Shown here: in pieces, positions 62,643-64,000 of the stretch
How the letters are laid out: every line of letters starts with the position of its first letter
Numbering within the stretch: the stretch's first letter is position 1
Origin: Omnitrophica WOR_2 bacterium RIFOXYA2_FULL_38_17
GTDB taxonomy: Bacteria; Omnitrophota; Gorgyraeia; Zapsychrales; Zapsychraceae
NCBI GenBank assembly: GCA_001805965.1
Contig: MHHG01000027.1
Location: 477-64,476, forward strand
DNA length: 64,000 nucleotides
Direction: 5' to 3'
The notes under the pieces: model-generated
Seen by the model: the letters and a program-made list of their open reading frames with translations, nothing else
The model's database searches: none
Told to the model about the DNA's origin: nothing
Made by a program: the position numbers and the translations under genes

Positions 62643-62996
62643 ATGTTTAAAGGGAATTTACAATTTTGGAAAAATAATAAAGCTCAAAGCATTCTAGAGT
62701 ATTCATTGATCATAGGAATAGTGACGGTGATTTTTTTTAATATGGGGACATTTCTTAAAAGAGGCACGCAGGGGATGATTAAGACGATTGCTGATCAAAT
62801 CGGAGATCAAAGGAATGGTGACCAGATTTTTGATGTTGAAGAAGGCTTTATGGTAAATGCTTTTATTGACACTGATGCCACGACAGAAAAAACAAGAGGG
62901 GAAGATGCCGGTGTCGTAACGCATTATTATAATGATAGGATGCACTCTGAGTCAACGACTGAAACACTCTTAGGCTTTCAGGAAGAAGAAGATTAA
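62643..62996 (+). CDS. Prepilin-like protein
   Basis: NKA|QSILEYSLIIG...FLKRGTQGMIKTIADQIGDQ. Confidence 0.82.
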   Translation: MFKGNLQFWKNNKAQSILEYSLIIGIVTVIFFNMGTFLKRGTQGMIKTIADQIGDQRNGDQIFDVEEGFMVNAFIDTDATTEKTRGEDAGVVTHYYNDRMHSESTTETLLGFQEEED

Positions 62997-63030
62997 AAAA
63001 ATAAAGTTGTTATTGAAACAGGAGAGATTT

Positions 63031-63345
63031 ATGTTTAAAAGAATAAGAAAAGGTCAAACATCAATGGAGTTCCTGATCTTGATGACAGTTATTCTTGCGG
63101 CTTTTTTATCGATAGGGAATTATTTCAAAAGAGGAGTACAGGGAAGATGGAAAACCGCTGTTGATGAATTAGGAGAACAATATGATCCTAGGACGGGAAA
63201 CACTATGCTGGTACATAGGATAATCTCAAATACGGATACGCAGATCATTTCTTTAAACACCACAGGAGGCTGGTGGACGTCGAGAAGAGATATGACGAAT
63301 GTCGTTGAAACTAAATCCGGACATGTTTCCGCTGGGTCATATTAA
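63031..63345 (+). CDS. Prepilin-like protein
   Basis: RKG|QTSMEFLILM...YFKRGVQGRWKTAVDELGEQYDP. Confidence 0.82.
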   Translation: MFKRIRKGQTSMEFLILMTVILAAFLSIGNYFKRGVQGRWKTAVDELGEQYDPRTGNTMLVHRIISNTDTQIISLNTTGGWWTSRRDMTNVVETKSGHVSAGSY

Positions 63346-63388
63346 GTTTATTCTTAATTGTTAAGAATCTGGTGGTTTGAGGGGCGAT

Positions 63389-64000
63389 ATGAAAAAAATT
63401 CATAATAAAGACGATGTTAAAATAAACAAAGAATCTGGCCAGACTGCAATGGAATTGGCGGTTTTTGGTTCAATATTTATTTTTACAATGGGTCTTATTG
63501 TAAGAACTGCTCTTGGTTATGGGTATCAGCAGGGCCAGACTTTGAAGGCGATGAGAATGGCGATGAGAATGTCCTATATGTATTCATCGGGACAGATGGG
63601 CAGCCATGGGGATAACAATGCATCAAGAAATTCAGCAACTGTTGTTTTGATAGAGGACAGGCTGACTTCTTCAAGCGCGAAATATGGTACGGTTGACAGG
63701 GTTCCTTACATGTTGTCGGGGGCAGCCACTCACAGCAGAAATCTTTTTCTTAATATTGATTCCAATGAGGATTTCAGTTTATCAGTTGTTGATTATTGGA
63801 TAAACGGTCAGCGTTTTCCTTTCTCAAATGCGAGGTTTATAAATGTCCCGTTAAACAATGGCAATCCTAACTGGGATCCCATGTGTGCAAGGACAGCTGC
63901 CGGTGCGATCATTGGATGTGTTGCTGTTTACGAAAAAATCCCAAATCACGACGGCATTGATGATTGGGATGCTGGCTGTGACGTATGTTTTGATCTTAAC
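63389..64000 (+). CDS. Large prepilin-like protein (3' end outside window)
   Basis: Not in ORF track. MKKIHNKDDVKINKESG|QTAMELAVFGSIFIFTMGLIVR..., open to the window end (...WDPMCARTAAGAIIGCVAVYEKIPNHDGIDDWDAGCDVCFDLN). Confidence 0.78.
   Translation, partial: MKKIHNKDDVKINKESGQTAMELAVFGSIFIFTMGLIVRTALGYGYQQGQTLKAMRMAMRMSYMYSSGQMGSHGDNNASRNSATVVLIEDRLTSSSAKYGTVDRVPYMLSGAATHSRNLFLNIDSNEDFSLSVVDYWINGQRFPFSNARFINVPLNNGNPNWDPMCARTAAGAIIGCVAVYEKIPNHDGIDDWDAGCDVCFDLN

Overview
Low-GC bacterial chromosome segment spanning the replication origin. Genes left of ~36 kb are almost all on the - strand and genes to the right on the + strand, around rpmH-dnaA-dnaN-DUF721-gyrB-gyrA, with parAB and two parS sites nearby. 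The left arm is mostly housekeeping: Moco biosynthesis, ADP-forming acetate-CoA ligase, glnS, gltX, rny, ymdB, 6S RNA, pheST, trkAH, thrS-infC-rpmI-rplT, tRNAs, coaC, rpoZ, gmk and yidC. The right arm has tRNA-Glu, an SGNH protein, an FGE/C-type-lectin-fold protein and a dehydrogenase-GST-nitrilase-mdh cluster, then an unusual Tad (type IVc pilus) locus. That locus contains cpaB, a secretin fused to a TonB C-terminal domain, a CpaE/TadZ-CpaF/TadA double-ATPase fusion and DUF192. It continues with a 674-aa protein that looks like an HTH plus a catalytically degenerate DDE transposase, flanked by shared DNA motifs, and a run of at least eight prepilin-like genes that continues off the window. 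Gene content suggests Candidatus Omnitrophota or a relative (inference only). All calls come from manual motif recognition; no searches were run.
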